This document shows positions 44,777 to 53,746 of a stretch of DNA of 64,000 nt, piece after piece; positions within the stretch are counted from its first letter, which is position 1; every line of letters begins with the position of its first letter. The position numbers and the translations under genes were made by a program. Under the pieces are notes generated by a model. That model had not been told where the DNA came from, made no database searches, and saw only the letters and a list, made by a program, of their open reading frames with translations. This stretch comes from Candidatus Acidiferrales bacterium (GTDB taxonomy: Bacteria > Acidobacteriota > Terriglobia > Acidiferrales > UBA7541), in assembly GCA_963795535.1 (NCBI GenBank), contig CAWCIG010000001.1, forward strand, positions 209,420 through 273,419. Reading direction: 5' to 3'.

Positions 44777-44844
44777 TTAGGGGGTCCTGAGCTTCAGCTC
44801 CGACATCACCGCCAGGCAAGATTCGGGCGTTAGCCCCTGAGGAA
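44777..44844 (+). repeat. second copy of the ~68-bp intergenic repeat
   Basis: TTAGGGGGTCCTGAGCTTCAGCTCCGACAT...GGGCGTTAGCCCCTGAGGAA aligns with 15971-16038. Like that copy, it sits just upstream of a gene start. Confidence 0.6.
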
Positions 44845-44874
44845 TCTCTTCTCGCCAGAAAAGGGAGCGACTCC

Positions 44875-45282
44875 ATGATTTCTCTAGCAAGCGAATACAC
44901 CGACACAAAAGGCCGCCACGCTAAAGGCTGGCTCTTCTTCGACGCCGACTGCAACTTCTGCACCCGCCTTGCCCGCTGGCTAGCACCGATCCTCGCACGC
45001 CGCGGTTTCGCCGTAGCGCCGCTGCAAGATCCCCGCGTGAGCGCACTACTCGGCCTATCGCAACAGGAACGCTTGCGCGAACTCCGCCTCCTCCTCTCCG
45101 ATGGCCTGCACTACGGCGGGGCTGAGGCAGTCGTAGCCGTAGCCCGCCAGATCTGGTGGGCGCAGCCTCTCGTATGGCTCACGCACCTACCAGGCGCCAA
45201 GAATCTTCTCCGCAATGGGTATTGCTGGGTCGCCGTGCATCGCAGTTGCACCACATCCGCCTGTCTAGGTCCGCAACATTAG
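44875..45282 (+). CDS. DCC-family thiol-disulfide oxidoreductase (DUF393)
   Basis: [18 protein letters not shown] is the DxxCxxC active-site context. 135 aa. Confidence 0.8.
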   Translation: MISLASEYTDTKGRHAKGWLFFDADCNFCTRLARWLAPILARRGFAVAPLQDPRVSALLGLSQQERLRELRLLLSDGLHYGGAEAVVAVARQIWWAQPLVWLTHLPGAKNLLRNGYCWVAVHRSCTTSACLGPQH

Positions 45283-45327
45283 TGAACTCTTCCGGGAAAG
45301 AACTTCCGCTGGAAAAGGAGACGCCAC

Positions 45328-46716
45328 GTGCAATTCACAAACCTCTGGGACTGCGACGGTCGCATTACTCGTCAAATCTATTTCCTCACTGGACTCGTCG
45401 CTTTCCTGGTCAAACACTATTTCGATCGTGCCCTGGCCTCAGGATACGGAATCTCCTGGCACATCTGGAATTATTGGGAGCCGCTCACCGGCCCAACCGA
45501 CCTCGGGATCTTAACCACGGCTCACCTCGAATTCTTTGTTGTGCGTCTGCTCAGCGCCCTCCCATTCATCTGGATCGGCGTTACCTTGACGGAGAAGCGA
45601 CTGCGTGATGCCGGCCAGCCACTGTGGCTCACAGTTTTATTTTTCGCTCCCGTCGTGAATCTCCTCCTCTTCGCCATTCTCTGTGTGCTTCCCAGTCGAA
45701 ATCCCAGTGACACATTCGCCCATTCAACCAACGACACTCCAAGCTCCTATTGGCCTCAAGGCCGGTTGGGCAGCGCAGCTCTCGGGGCGATCGTAGCGGG
45801 AGGATTAGGAATTGTCGTGACTTGGTTCGACCTGAGGTATTGGGGCATCTACGGCCTGACGCTTTTCATCGCTCTCCCGTTCGTTATGGGCTATTTCGCT
45901 GCCTGGGTGCACTGCCGCCAACATCATCGCAGTTTTACTGACATCCTCGCCGTCTGCACGCTCTCCGTACTTATCGCAGGCATTGGCATCCTTGCCATCG
46001 CCATCGAAGGTGCGGTCTGCCTGTTCATGGCGGCTCCCATCGCCTGGATTCTGTCTTGCTTCGGAGGTTTGCTCGCCTACAAAATTCACAACGATCCAGC
46101 GGTGCATCAACCAGCTCCCACAACCTTTGCGGCCTTGCTCCTCGCACTTCCCGCGCTGTTGGGTGCCGAGGGCTTCGCTCCGCCGCCCGTCCCTCGGTAT
46201 CAGGTTCACAGCACCATGGACATCACTGCGCCTCCCGATATTGTCTGGAAACACTTGATCGCTTTTCCTCCTATCACGGCCACCAACGAATGGCCGTTTC
46301 GCTTCGGAATCGCTTACCCCATCGAGGCGCAACTCAAGGGCGAGGGACTGAATGCTGACCGCGAATGCCGTTTTTCCACCGGAACATTTAGGGAACCGAT
46401 TCTCGTGTGGGAACCAGGCAAGCATCTTGCCTTTGCTGTCGCGGATGAACCGCTGCTAATGAAGGAGACTTCGCCCTATCGAAACATCCGTGTTCGGCAC
46501 CTTGAGGATCACGATTTTCAACCCGAGCGCGCCGATTTCATTCTTACCCGTCTTCCAGGCGGTGGCACTCGCCTGGAAGGCACTACTACCTATCAAAACA
46601 AAATGTGGCCTGGCCCGTACTGGCACCTCTGGACCGACGCCATAGTCCACCAAATCCACCACCGCGTGTTCCGTCAAGTCAAGAGTCTCTCCGAAGCCGA
46701 CGCGCGTGCTTTATAG
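45328..46716 (+). CDS. membrane protein, DUF805-like N-terminal region + SRPBCC-like C-terminal domain
   Basis: GTG 45328 has AAGGAG 8 nt upstream. CDGRITRQIYFLTGLVAFL is DUF805-like and is followed by several TM helices. The C-terminal VHSTMDITAPPDIVWKHLIAF... resembles the polyketide-cyclase/SRPBCC fold. Confidence 0.7.
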   Translation: MQFTNLWDCDGRITRQIYFLTGLVAFLVKHYFDRALASGYGISWHIWNYWEPLTGPTDLGILTTAHLEFFVVRLLSALPFIWIGVTLTEKRLRDAGQPLWLTVLFFAPVVNLLLFAILCVLPSRNPSDTFAHSTNDTPSSYWPQGRLGSAALGAIVAGGLGIVVTWFDLRYWGIYGLTLFIALPFVMGYFAAWVHCRQHHRSFTDILAVCTLSVLIAGIGILAIAIEGAVCLFMAAPIAWILSCFGGLLAYKIHNDPAVHQPAPTTFAALLLALPALLGAEGFAPPPVPRYQVHSTMDITAPPDIVWKHLIAFPPITATNEWPFRFGIAYPIEAQLKGEGLNADRECRFSTGTFREPILVWEPGKHLAFAVADEPLLMKETSPYRNIRVRHLEDHDFQPERADFILTRLPGGGTRLEGTTTYQNKMWPGPYWHLWTDAIVHQIHHRVFRQVKSLSEADARAL

Positions 46717-46793
46717 CCCCGCGCCATCAGGCCGTGGCTCTCGTCGAGCAGCATTATTGAAGTGTCCGAGACCAGGATCGGAGGCCAAGCACG

Positions 46794-47717
46794 GTGAGCG
46801 CACAAAGTTCCGCAGCAAAAAAAGCCGTCATCACCGGCGCGTTCAGCTACACCGGCAAATATGCCACGCGCTTATTGCTGAGCCGCGGCTATAGCGTCCG
46901 CACCCTGACCAATCATCCGCGCCAAAATGACTTTGGCCAGAAGGTAGAAGTATTCCCCTGCAATTTTCGGGAGCCCGAAGAACTCGAGCAGTCGCTGCGC
47001 GGCGCGTCCTGTTTAATCAACACATATTGGATTCGATTCCCACATGCCCGTGCCACCTTTGCGGCCGCGGTAAGAAATACCGTCACACTCATCGACGCTG
47101 CAAGGAAAGTAGGCGTCCGGCGCATCGTGCATGTAAGTATTGCGCATCCCTCGATTGACTCGCCATTGGCGTATTACCGCGGCAAAGCCCACGTCGAGCA
47201 GGCGGTGATCGATTCTGGTCTCGCGTATACGATCCTGCGGCCCGCAGTCATCTTTGGACCCGAGGATATCCTCATCAACAATATTGCCTGGTTCGTGCGA
47301 CATCTTCCGGTGTTTGGTATTCCCGGTGACGGCCGCTACGGCATCCGCCCTATTTGCGTCGAGGACATGGCGAACCTGATCGTCGATTCGATCGAAAAAC
47401 AAAGCAACGAAGTTATCAACGCGGTAGGCCCAGAGACTTTCACCTTTGAGGAACTCATCCGCAGAATTGCCTTGGCATTGGACAAGCCGGCCCGCGTCGT
47501 CCACGTGCCAACACTCGTGGCCTATCTCTTCACGCGCTTTACCGGACTGTTCGTGCGGGATGTTGTTCTGACTTGGGAAGAATACAAAGGTCTGATGGCC
47601 AACCTGCTAGCGCCCGAAGGACTAGCAGCAGGAAAGACGCGCCTGACCGAGTGGCTCTCCCAAAACCGCGAGCGCCTCGGCCTCCACTACGCCTCCGAAC
47701 TATCGCGGCATTACTAG
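46794..47717 (+). CDS. NAD(P)H-binding SDR/NmrA-like oxidoreductase
   Basis: KKAVITGAFSYTGKYATRLLLSRGYSVRTLT is a Rossmann fold. An atypical-SDR YxxxK equivalent (YYRGKAHVE) is present. 307 aa. Confidence 0.75.
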   Translation: MSAQSSAAKKAVITGAFSYTGKYATRLLLSRGYSVRTLTNHPRQNDFGQKVEVFPCNFREPEELEQSLRGASCLINTYWIRFPHARATFAAAVRNTVTLIDAARKVGVRRIVHVSIAHPSIDSPLAYYRGKAHVEQAVIDSGLAYTILRPAVIFGPEDILINNIAWFVRHLPVFGIPGDGRYGIRPICVEDMANLIVDSIEKQSNEVINAVGPETFTFEELIRRIALALDKPARVVHVPTLVAYLFTRFTGLFVRDVVLTWEEYKGLMANLLAPEGLAAGKTRLTEWLSQNRERLGLHYASELSRHY

Positions 47718-47987
47718 CCGGAAATGGCAGTTTCATCGCGCCAAAAACGCTTCATAAATAACCCACCCAATAGCGGCAAGCACCAGCACCGGTGGCATAT
47801 TTGTCCTTTCTCAGTCGACCGTTTGCCAGTATCCAATCAGGAGAGCGAAACCATGCCTGCGGTGAGTTGAGCGTAAAGAGCGTTAACACTCGCCACCAAT
47901 GCAACAGCAACAAAGATCAGCCAGCCGAATATTTTGACCATTGGCCGCCACAGTTATCCACCACCTGCAGTTGGCTTTCTCACCTGC

Positions 47988-49142
47988 CTACCCCTTCACC
48001 GACATTCCCACCGCCATATCCTGATAGCCCAGCACCCGCTCGTAATATTGCTCGTACTTCGGAATCACATCGTTTGCGCAGAATTTCTTGCGCGCATCGA
48101 TACGCGCGCGCTGCCCCATCTCGCGTCCACGATCCGCCCGCGACAACAAATCAATTGCATATTTCGCCGCCAGCTTCACGTCACCCGGCTCCACCAAATA
48201 TCCGTCCACGCCATTCTCAACCACCTCTGGCACGCCGCCTGCATTCGTAGCGATCACCGGCACTTCACAAGCCATCGCTTCGAGCGCCGCCAACCCAAAC
48301 GACTCGAGCTGTGAAGGCAAGAGAAACAAATCCGCCTGCCCCAGTTTTTCCCGGATGCCGTTCTGCTTCCCTAGAAAAATTACGTCTTCTTCCAGGCCCC
48401 GCGTACGCGCCAATTCTTCCGCCGGTTCCCGGTCTGGCCCATCCCCGATCATTACCAGCTTGGCCTTCATCTTCTCTCGCACCAGCGCAAAAATCTCCAC
48501 CGCGTCCAGAATGCGCTTCACGGGACGGAAATTCGAAAGGTGCATCAGGATCGGTTCGCCATCCGGAGCCCATTGCGCCTGCAGTTCCGGATTTGGCATC
48601 CGGCAATACAAGTCGCAGTTCACAAAATTGGGAATTACTTCGATGGGACGCTTGATCCCAAACTCTTCAATCGTGCGGCGATACAAATATTCTGAGATAG
48701 ACGTGACACCATCGCTCTGCTCGATCGAGTACCGCGTGATCGGCAAAAAGTTTGGGTTGTTTCCCACCAGCGTGATGTCTGTCCCGTGCAGCGTGGTAAT
48801 AAACGGCAGGCGCCGTGGCGCAGCCATTTGCCGTGCCAGCAGCGCGCTCACCGAATGCGGAATCGCATAATGCACATGCAGAATATCCAGCGATTCCGTT
48901 TCGAATACTTCCAGCATCTTTACCGCAAGCGAAAGCGTGTACGGGGAATGATCAAACAGCGGGTATTGCACCACTGCGGCCTGGTGGAAATGAATGTGCG
49001 GGTCGTCGGTTTTCATCCGGATCGGTGGCGCATAGGTGATGAAGTGCACGTCATGCCCGCGCGCGGCCAACTCCTGGCCCAATTCCGTCGCCACCACTCC
49101 CGAGCCGCCGTAAGTCGGATATCCCGTTATGCCGATGCGCAT
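47988..49142 (-). CDS. bshA: N-acetyl-alpha-D-glucosaminyl L-malate synthase (bacillithiol glycosyltransferase)
   Basis: MRIGITGYPTYGGSGVVATELGQELAARGHDVHFITY..., LPSQLESFGLAALEAMACEVPVIATNAGGVPEVV is a GT4 fold with the BshA-type N-terminus. Confidence 0.8.
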   Translation of the reverse strand: MRIGITGYPTYGGSGVVATELGQELAARGHDVHFITYAPPIRMKTDDPHIHFHQAAVVQYPLFDHSPYTLSLAVKMLEVFETESLDILHVHYAIPHSVSALLARQMAAPRRLPFITTLHGTDITLVGNNPNFLPITRYSIEQSDGVTSISEYLYRRTIEEFGIKRPIEVIPNFVNCDLYCRMPNPELQAQWAPDGEPILMHLSNFRPVKRILDAVEIFALVREKMKAKLVMIGDGPDREPAEELARTRGLEEDVIFLGKQNGIREKLGQADLFLLPSQLESFGLAALEAMACEVPVIATNAGGVPEVVENGVDGYLVEPGDVKLAAKYAIDLLSRADRGREMGQRARIDARKKFCANDVIPKYEQYYERVLGYQDMAVGMSVKG

Positions 49143-49261
49143 CTTGAACCTCTGTTCTGAGCTGGCTGTCGCACTCTCGTTGTGATGGGCTCGCTTGCGG
49201 GATGGCGATCCCGGATGCTAGAGTCGCGCGAACCGCAGGCCGCCTTGCCTGCCAGCGGTGA

Positions 49262-50062
49262 ATGGTACACCGATTAGACGCAAAGGTGGCGTTCCGCGTG
49301 ACACGTCTCCAGGGGAAAGTCGCGATTGTGACCGGCGGAGGCAGTGGCATCGGCCGCGCGATCACCCTGGCGTTCGGCCGCCAGGGCGCAAAGGTTGCCG
49401 TTTTGGGCCGCCGGCAGCAAGCACTCGCCCGCGTCGTGGCCGAATTGGCTCAAAATGGCGCGACGGGCCAGGCCGTCCTCTGCGACGTCACCCGGAGCAG
49501 CGATACCGTGAAGGCCGTAGACGAAGTCGAACGCGCCTTCGGTCGTCTGAACGTGTTGGTGAATAGCGCGGGCACGCTCAGCGTCTCCACGATCGAGACT
49601 ATCTCCGAGCGGGACTGGGATCAGGTGATCGAAACCAACCTGAAGGGACCCTTCCTGATGTCCCGCGCCGCACTTCCCGCTTTTCGCCGCGCCGGGGGAG
49701 GTGCCATCGTCAATATCGGTTCCGTTTTGGGCCTAATCGCCATGAGGGACCGCGCTGCTTATTGCGCCTCCAAGGGTGGCCTCACCCTGCTGACCAAAGC
49801 CATAGCCGTCGACCACGCCCACGAAAACATCCGCGCCAACTGTATCTGTCCCGCCATTGTAGAGACCGAACTCGTGAAGGGCTTGTTCAGTGACAGCCCC
49901 GAAGGCCAGAAAGCGCGAGCCGCCAGAATCGCCACCCTGCCCACGGGAAGGTTTGGCAAGCCCGAAGATGTGGCCGAATTGGCAGTTTTCCTCGCCTCGG
50001 ACGAATCTTCCTGGATCACCGGCACGGCCATCCCGGTCGACGGCGGCCTGTCGGCTTATTAA
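49262..50062 (+). CDS. short-chain dehydrogenase/reductase
   Basis: GKVAIVTGGGSGIGRAI (TGxxxGxG), NSAG, YCASKGG (YxxxK). Confidence 0.88.
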   Translation: MVHRLDAKVAFRVTRLQGKVAIVTGGGSGIGRAITLAFGRQGAKVAVLGRRQQALARVVAELAQNGATGQAVLCDVTRSSDTVKAVDEVERAFGRLNVLVNSAGTLSVSTIETISERDWDQVIETNLKGPFLMSRAALPAFRRAGGGAIVNIGSVLGLIAMRDRAAYCASKGGLTLLTKAIAVDHAHENIRANCICPAIVETELVKGLFSDSPEGQKARAARIATLPTGRFGKPEDVAELAVFLASDESSWITGTAIPVDGGLSAY

Positions 50063-50090
50063 AATTGGTAGAGAGAGGGAGCGAGCCTGG

Positions 50091-50537
50091 ATGCGACGAA
50101 AACTGACTAAAGAAGAGATACGGATCACGGAAGTGGTCCGCCAGCGGATGAAGGACAGCAACTCGACCCAATTGTTCGGCTTCGACGTCGAAAGCGTCCA
50201 TGACGGCCGCGCCGTCTTCCGCCTGGATGTCCGCCCACGCCACAAGCAGATTCACAATGTTGTCCACGGAGGAATCTTGGCTGCCTTGGCAGACACCGCC
50301 GCCGCCATCGCTGCCTACACCATAGTCCCTCAAGGCGTGGAACTAGCCACCCTGGAATTTAAGATCAGCTATCTGGAGCCCGTTCCCGGAGGCACAATCA
50401 AAGCAGACGCACACGTTTTGCGCGGCGGCCGAAATTTTATTGTGACTGAGTGCGAGATCTTTAACGAATCCGGATCTTTAGCGGCCAAAGCCCTGCTTAC
50501 CTTCTCTGCCGCCGCCGGCCACAATCTGCGACCGTAA
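50091..50537 (+). CDS. PaaI-family hotdog-fold thioesterase
   Basis: Inside track ORF 49890..50537, with ATG at 50091. NVVHGGILAALADTAAAIA has the HGG motif. 148 aa. Confidence 0.8.
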   Translation: MRRKLTKEEIRITEVVRQRMKDSNSTQLFGFDVESVHDGRAVFRLDVRPRHKQIHNVVHGGILAALADTAAAIAAYTIVPQGVELATLEFKISYLEPVPGGTIKADAHVLRGGRNFIVTECEIFNESGSLAAKALLTFSAAAGHNLRP

Positions 50538-50552
50538 CGGTCTAACGTAGGC

Positions 50553-50570
50553 GCATGGCTTCAGCCATGC
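50553..50570. terminator. palindromic hairpin between convergent genes (possible bidirectional terminator/REP)
   Basis: GCATGGCT tc AGCCATGC is a perfect palindrome between the paaI-like (+) and hfq-like (-) gene ends. There is no T-tract, so terminator function is uncertain. Confidence 0.4.
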
Positions 50571-50586
50571 CAGCAGCTACCGGCAA

Positions 50587-50922
50587 CTATTCGTCGCCCT
50601 TTTCCCCGTCTTCATCCTTTTTATGCACGTACCGGATATGCCGCTTGAACACCATCAGATTCGGCGCGCCTTCACGAGTCAGCTTGACGCAGTCGCGGTC
50701 ATACCACTCTATGATTCCGTGCAGCACTTCACCGGAGTCCAGCACCACCGACATAGGCGTGCGGCTCTGCATCTGCTTCACCCAGTAAAAATTTTCCGCG
50801 TGGGTAATCTCGGGAGGGGCGGGTTTTTTGCTCGGCAAGGGGCCGCCATTGTGCTGGGGTCGGGGACTGGCCTGCTCCTTGGCTTCCGCGAAGCTGGGAC
50901 GAAACATGCGGCGATTCACCAT
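50587..50922 (-). CDS. Hfq-like Sm-fold RNA-binding protein with N-terminal extension
   Basis: PMSVVLDSGEVLHGIIEWYDRDCVKL matches the Sm1 pattern V.L..G..L.G.I..(F/Y)D. MVFKRHIRYV matches the Sm2 YKHAI-like pattern. The tail KKDEDGEKGDE is acidic. Confidence 0.5.
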   Translation of the reverse strand: MVNRRMFRPSFAEAKEQASPRPQHNGGPLPSKKPAPPEITHAENFYWVKQMQSRTPMSVVLDSGEVLHGIIEWYDRDCVKLTREGAPNLMVFKRHIRYVHKKDEDGEKGDE

Positions 50923-51028
50923 GACTGCTCCTTATGTCAATGAAGGTACGATCCTGTCCTTGAGATGCGGCCAGCGCGTCTAGGGTTTCGCTTATTATGT
51001 AGCAGAGAATTGCTGTAGGCGAGAAAAT

Positions 51029-52153
51029 CTATTGATGTGCCTGGGGGTTCCTGTGGTTCGAAGACAGCGAGAGCGCCAGGGAATCCAGCCCCAGTTGCCG
51101 GTTCAAGTTCCTCCGCAAACCACCCGCCAACCGGTCCATCCCGGCGATCGCCTGCCGGATCCATGCCGCATCCACGGTGCGCGCCAGTGCCTCCAACTCC
51201 TTGGTAAGGTGTGGATTCCTCATCGACGGCAACCGCACACCCGCATTTAACTCCAATAAGTCCGACAGCAAGCCATAAAACACACCAAGCAAGTCTTCAA
51301 AGGACGATTGGCGATCCTTTGCGAGCGCCGCTGTGTCCGCAAATAACTGTGCAAATCCCTGGCCTCGCGCCGCGCGTTCCAGCACCCGCAAAGCCGTTCG
51401 CCTTTTCGCAACCGCGTCTTCCAGGTCCAGTTCCAGAGCCAGCCCCGGGCTGCCTTCCGATAATTGCGCGGCTAATTTGATTTCTGCTGGCTTGCGGTCG
51501 GTGTGCATGCTCAGAATTTTCTCGACTTCGGCCACGGGCAGCGGAGCGAAATGAAACTGCATACAGCGCGACAGGATCGTCGGCAACAGGCTGAACGGCG
51601 ACGTCGCCGTCAATATTAATGTGGCGGATTCCGGCGGTTCTTCCAGGATCTTCAGGAACACGTTGGCCACATCGGCGCGCATCGTGTCCGCGCCATCCAG
51701 GAGAAACACTCTGCGCCGGCCACTCGGCTGAAAATACGCTGCCCGCCGCACCGCTCGCACTTGCCCGATGCGCAGCATTGGCCGCGCCACCGGGCTCTTC
51801 AGCCGCACCGGATCGGGCACCAGCGCCCACACGTCCGGATGGCTCTGCAAAATCAGTGGGACGCGCTCGACGGTCGCGGCGTCGGCGCTCTCCCCGCGTT
51901 CCGCCAGCCCCTGTTCCATGAGTTTTTGAGGATCGGCCAGTTGCGAGACTTGCAGGCAGGTGGCGCATTCGCCGCAGAAATCATCCGTCATTCGCTCGCA
52001 GTTCGCGGCCTGTGCGAACATCCTGGCCAACGTGTATTTCCCAACGCCCCGCGACCCGGTAAATAACAGCGCGTGCGGTACACGCGAAGCGCGGAGCGCT
52101 CCCCGCAACGCGGCCACAATTTTCTCGTTACCCAGGAACTCCGAAAATCCCAT
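51029..52153 (-). CDS. holB: DNA polymerase III subunit delta'
   Basis: HALLFTGSRGVGKYTLARMFAQAANCE..., RVFLLDGADTM, NVFLKILEEPP. Confidence 0.88.
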   Translation of the reverse strand: MGFSEFLGNEKIVAALRGALRASRVPHALLFTGSRGVGKYTLARMFAQAANCERMTDDFCGECATCLQVSQLADPQKLMEQGLAERGESADAATVERVPLILQSHPDVWALVPDPVRLKSPVARPMLRIGQVRAVRRAAYFQPSGRRRVFLLDGADTMRADVANVFLKILEEPPESATLILTATSPFSLLPTILSRCMQFHFAPLPVAEVEKILSMHTDRKPAEIKLAAQLSEGSPGLALELDLEDAVAKRRTALRVLERAARGQGFAQLFADTAALAKDRQSSFEDLLGVFYGLLSDLLELNAGVRLPSMRNPHLTKELEALARTVDAAWIRQAIAGMDRLAGGLRRNLNRQLGLDSLALSLSSNHRNPQAHQ

Positions 52154-52156
52154 GCC

Positions 52157-52852
52157 TCAGGCCTTCTTTGCGGGTTCCAGCATTGGCACTACTGCCGACA
52201 TGACCTCCGCGGCGATGTCTTCCGGCAGCCGCAGGGTATTGTTCTGCGCGTCGTAGCACTGAATCGTAGCCCACGGCCGGCTGCGCGAAAGCATGTCGTA
52301 CATTTCCGCCGCGTCTTCCAGGTGCGTCAAGCTCTTTTCCTGAATGTCGTGCGTCGCTTGCGTGTATTTCCGTTCCGATTTCCGCGACACCAGCCTTTGC
52401 GACTGGCTGGGCGGCACGCGGAGATAAAGAATCAGGTCTTCGCGCGGCATCCCGTAGATGGAATATTCAAGATGCTCGATCCAGCGCAAAAATTCAGAGC
52501 GCTTTTCGGCGCTCGCCCGCGCCACCTGGTGCGCCAGGTTCGAAGCCACGTAGCGGTCCACCAGCACAATCTTTCCTTCGTTCAACAAAGTTTCAATGCG
52601 CGCCTTGGACTCGAAGCGGTCTCCCGCATACAGCAGCGCGGAGAAATGCGGGTCGACTTCCTCCAGCGGCCCGTAATCGCCGTTCAGGAATTTGCCCACC
52701 ATGCTGCCAAACCACGAATCGTATTGCGGAAATCCCGTTGCATACACCGGGAATCCCTTGGCTGAAAGTGAGTGTTCGAGGAGTTTGGCCTGCGTGTGCT
52801 TGCCGCTGCCATCGATTCCCTCGATGCCGATAAGTATTCCGCGTGTCATCAT
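52157..52852 (-). CDS. tmk: dTMP (thymidylate) kinase
   Basis: ILIGIEGIDGSGKHTQAKLL (P-loop), DRYVASNLAHQ. Located 3 nt upstream of holB. Confidence 0.9.
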   Translation of the reverse strand: MMTRGILIGIEGIDGSGKHTQAKLLEHSLSAKGFPVYATGFPQYDSWFGSMVGKFLNGDYGPLEEVDPHFSALLYAGDRFESKARIETLLNEGKIVLVDRYVASNLAHQVARASAEKRSEFLRWIEHLEYSIYGMPREDLILYLRVPPSQSQRLVSRKSERKYTQATHDIQEKSLTHLEDAAEMYDMLSRSRPWATIQCYDAQNNTLRLPEDIAAEVMSAVVPMLEPAKKA

Positions 52853-53001
52853 TTAGTGCGGTGGGGGGCGCCATCCGTGTCAGTCAGTGTACCCGGAGAA
52901 GCCATGCCCTGCAACGAAAGGAATCGTATCGTTGCCCTGTACCGAACCAGAGACGGGCTGGCGACTCTGACATGTTACGATTTTAGGTTGAAACTTCCGG
53001 T

Positions 53002-53709
53002 ATGACGCAAACGACGATCGCCGAAAATTTGCTGCGGGTGAACCAGCGCATCGCCGCTGCCGCGAGCCGCGCGGGCAGGCGCGCCGAAGAAGTCACCTTA
53101 ATCGGCGTTTCCAAAACTCATCCCGCCGAAGCCATTCGCGATGCCCTTGACGCCGGCCTCCGCCAGTTCGGCGAGAATCGCGTGCAAGAGTGGGAAGGGA
53201 AGCGCGCAAGCATTGCCGAACTTCCTGCCACATGGCATCTCATCGGCCATTTGCAAAGCAACAAAGCCGCAAAAGCCGCAAATTTATTCCACAGCGTTGA
53301 CGCAGTGGATGATTTTGCACTCGCGCAAAAGTTGGACCGTGCCTCCAGCGCGCTTCCACACGGCAAACCGCTCCGAATGCTCATCGAAGTCCACCTCGGT
53401 GGCGAAGCAACAAAAAGCGGTGTGTCCGAAGACAACTTGCCCGCGTTGGCCGAGCAGGTCCTGACGCTGCCACATCTCGATTTCGCCGGCCTGATGTGCA
53501 TTCCTCCTTACCTGGAAAATCCCGACGAAGTCCGCCCCTACTTTGCTCGGCTGCGAACCTTGCGCGACCAACTGGAATCGCAGTTGCTCCGCAAGCTGCC
53601 GGTGCTCTCCATGGGCATGTCGCACGATTTCGAAGCCGCCATTCTCGAAGGAGGCACCGAGGTCCGCGTCGGCACCGCTTTATTTGGTACCCGAGCCGCC
53701 CCGCAATGA
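53002..53709 (+). CDS. YggS-family pyridoxal phosphate homeostasis protein
   Basis: VTLIGVSKTHPAEAIRDALDAGLRQFGENRVQE, HLIGHLQSNK, LSMGMSHDFEAAI. Confidence 0.9.
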   Translation: MTQTTIAENLLRVNQRIAAAASRAGRRAEEVTLIGVSKTHPAEAIRDALDAGLRQFGENRVQEWEGKRASIAELPATWHLIGHLQSNKAAKAANLFHSVDAVDDFALAQKLDRASSALPHGKPLRMLIEVHLGGEATKSGVSEDNLPALAEQVLTLPHLDFAGLMCIPPYLENPDEVRPYFARLRTLRDQLESQLLRKLPVLSMGMSHDFEAAILEGGTEVRVGTALFGTRAAPQ

Positions 53710-53746
53710 ATCCAATGACAGCGAAAGTGAGTCTGCGGCTATCAAA

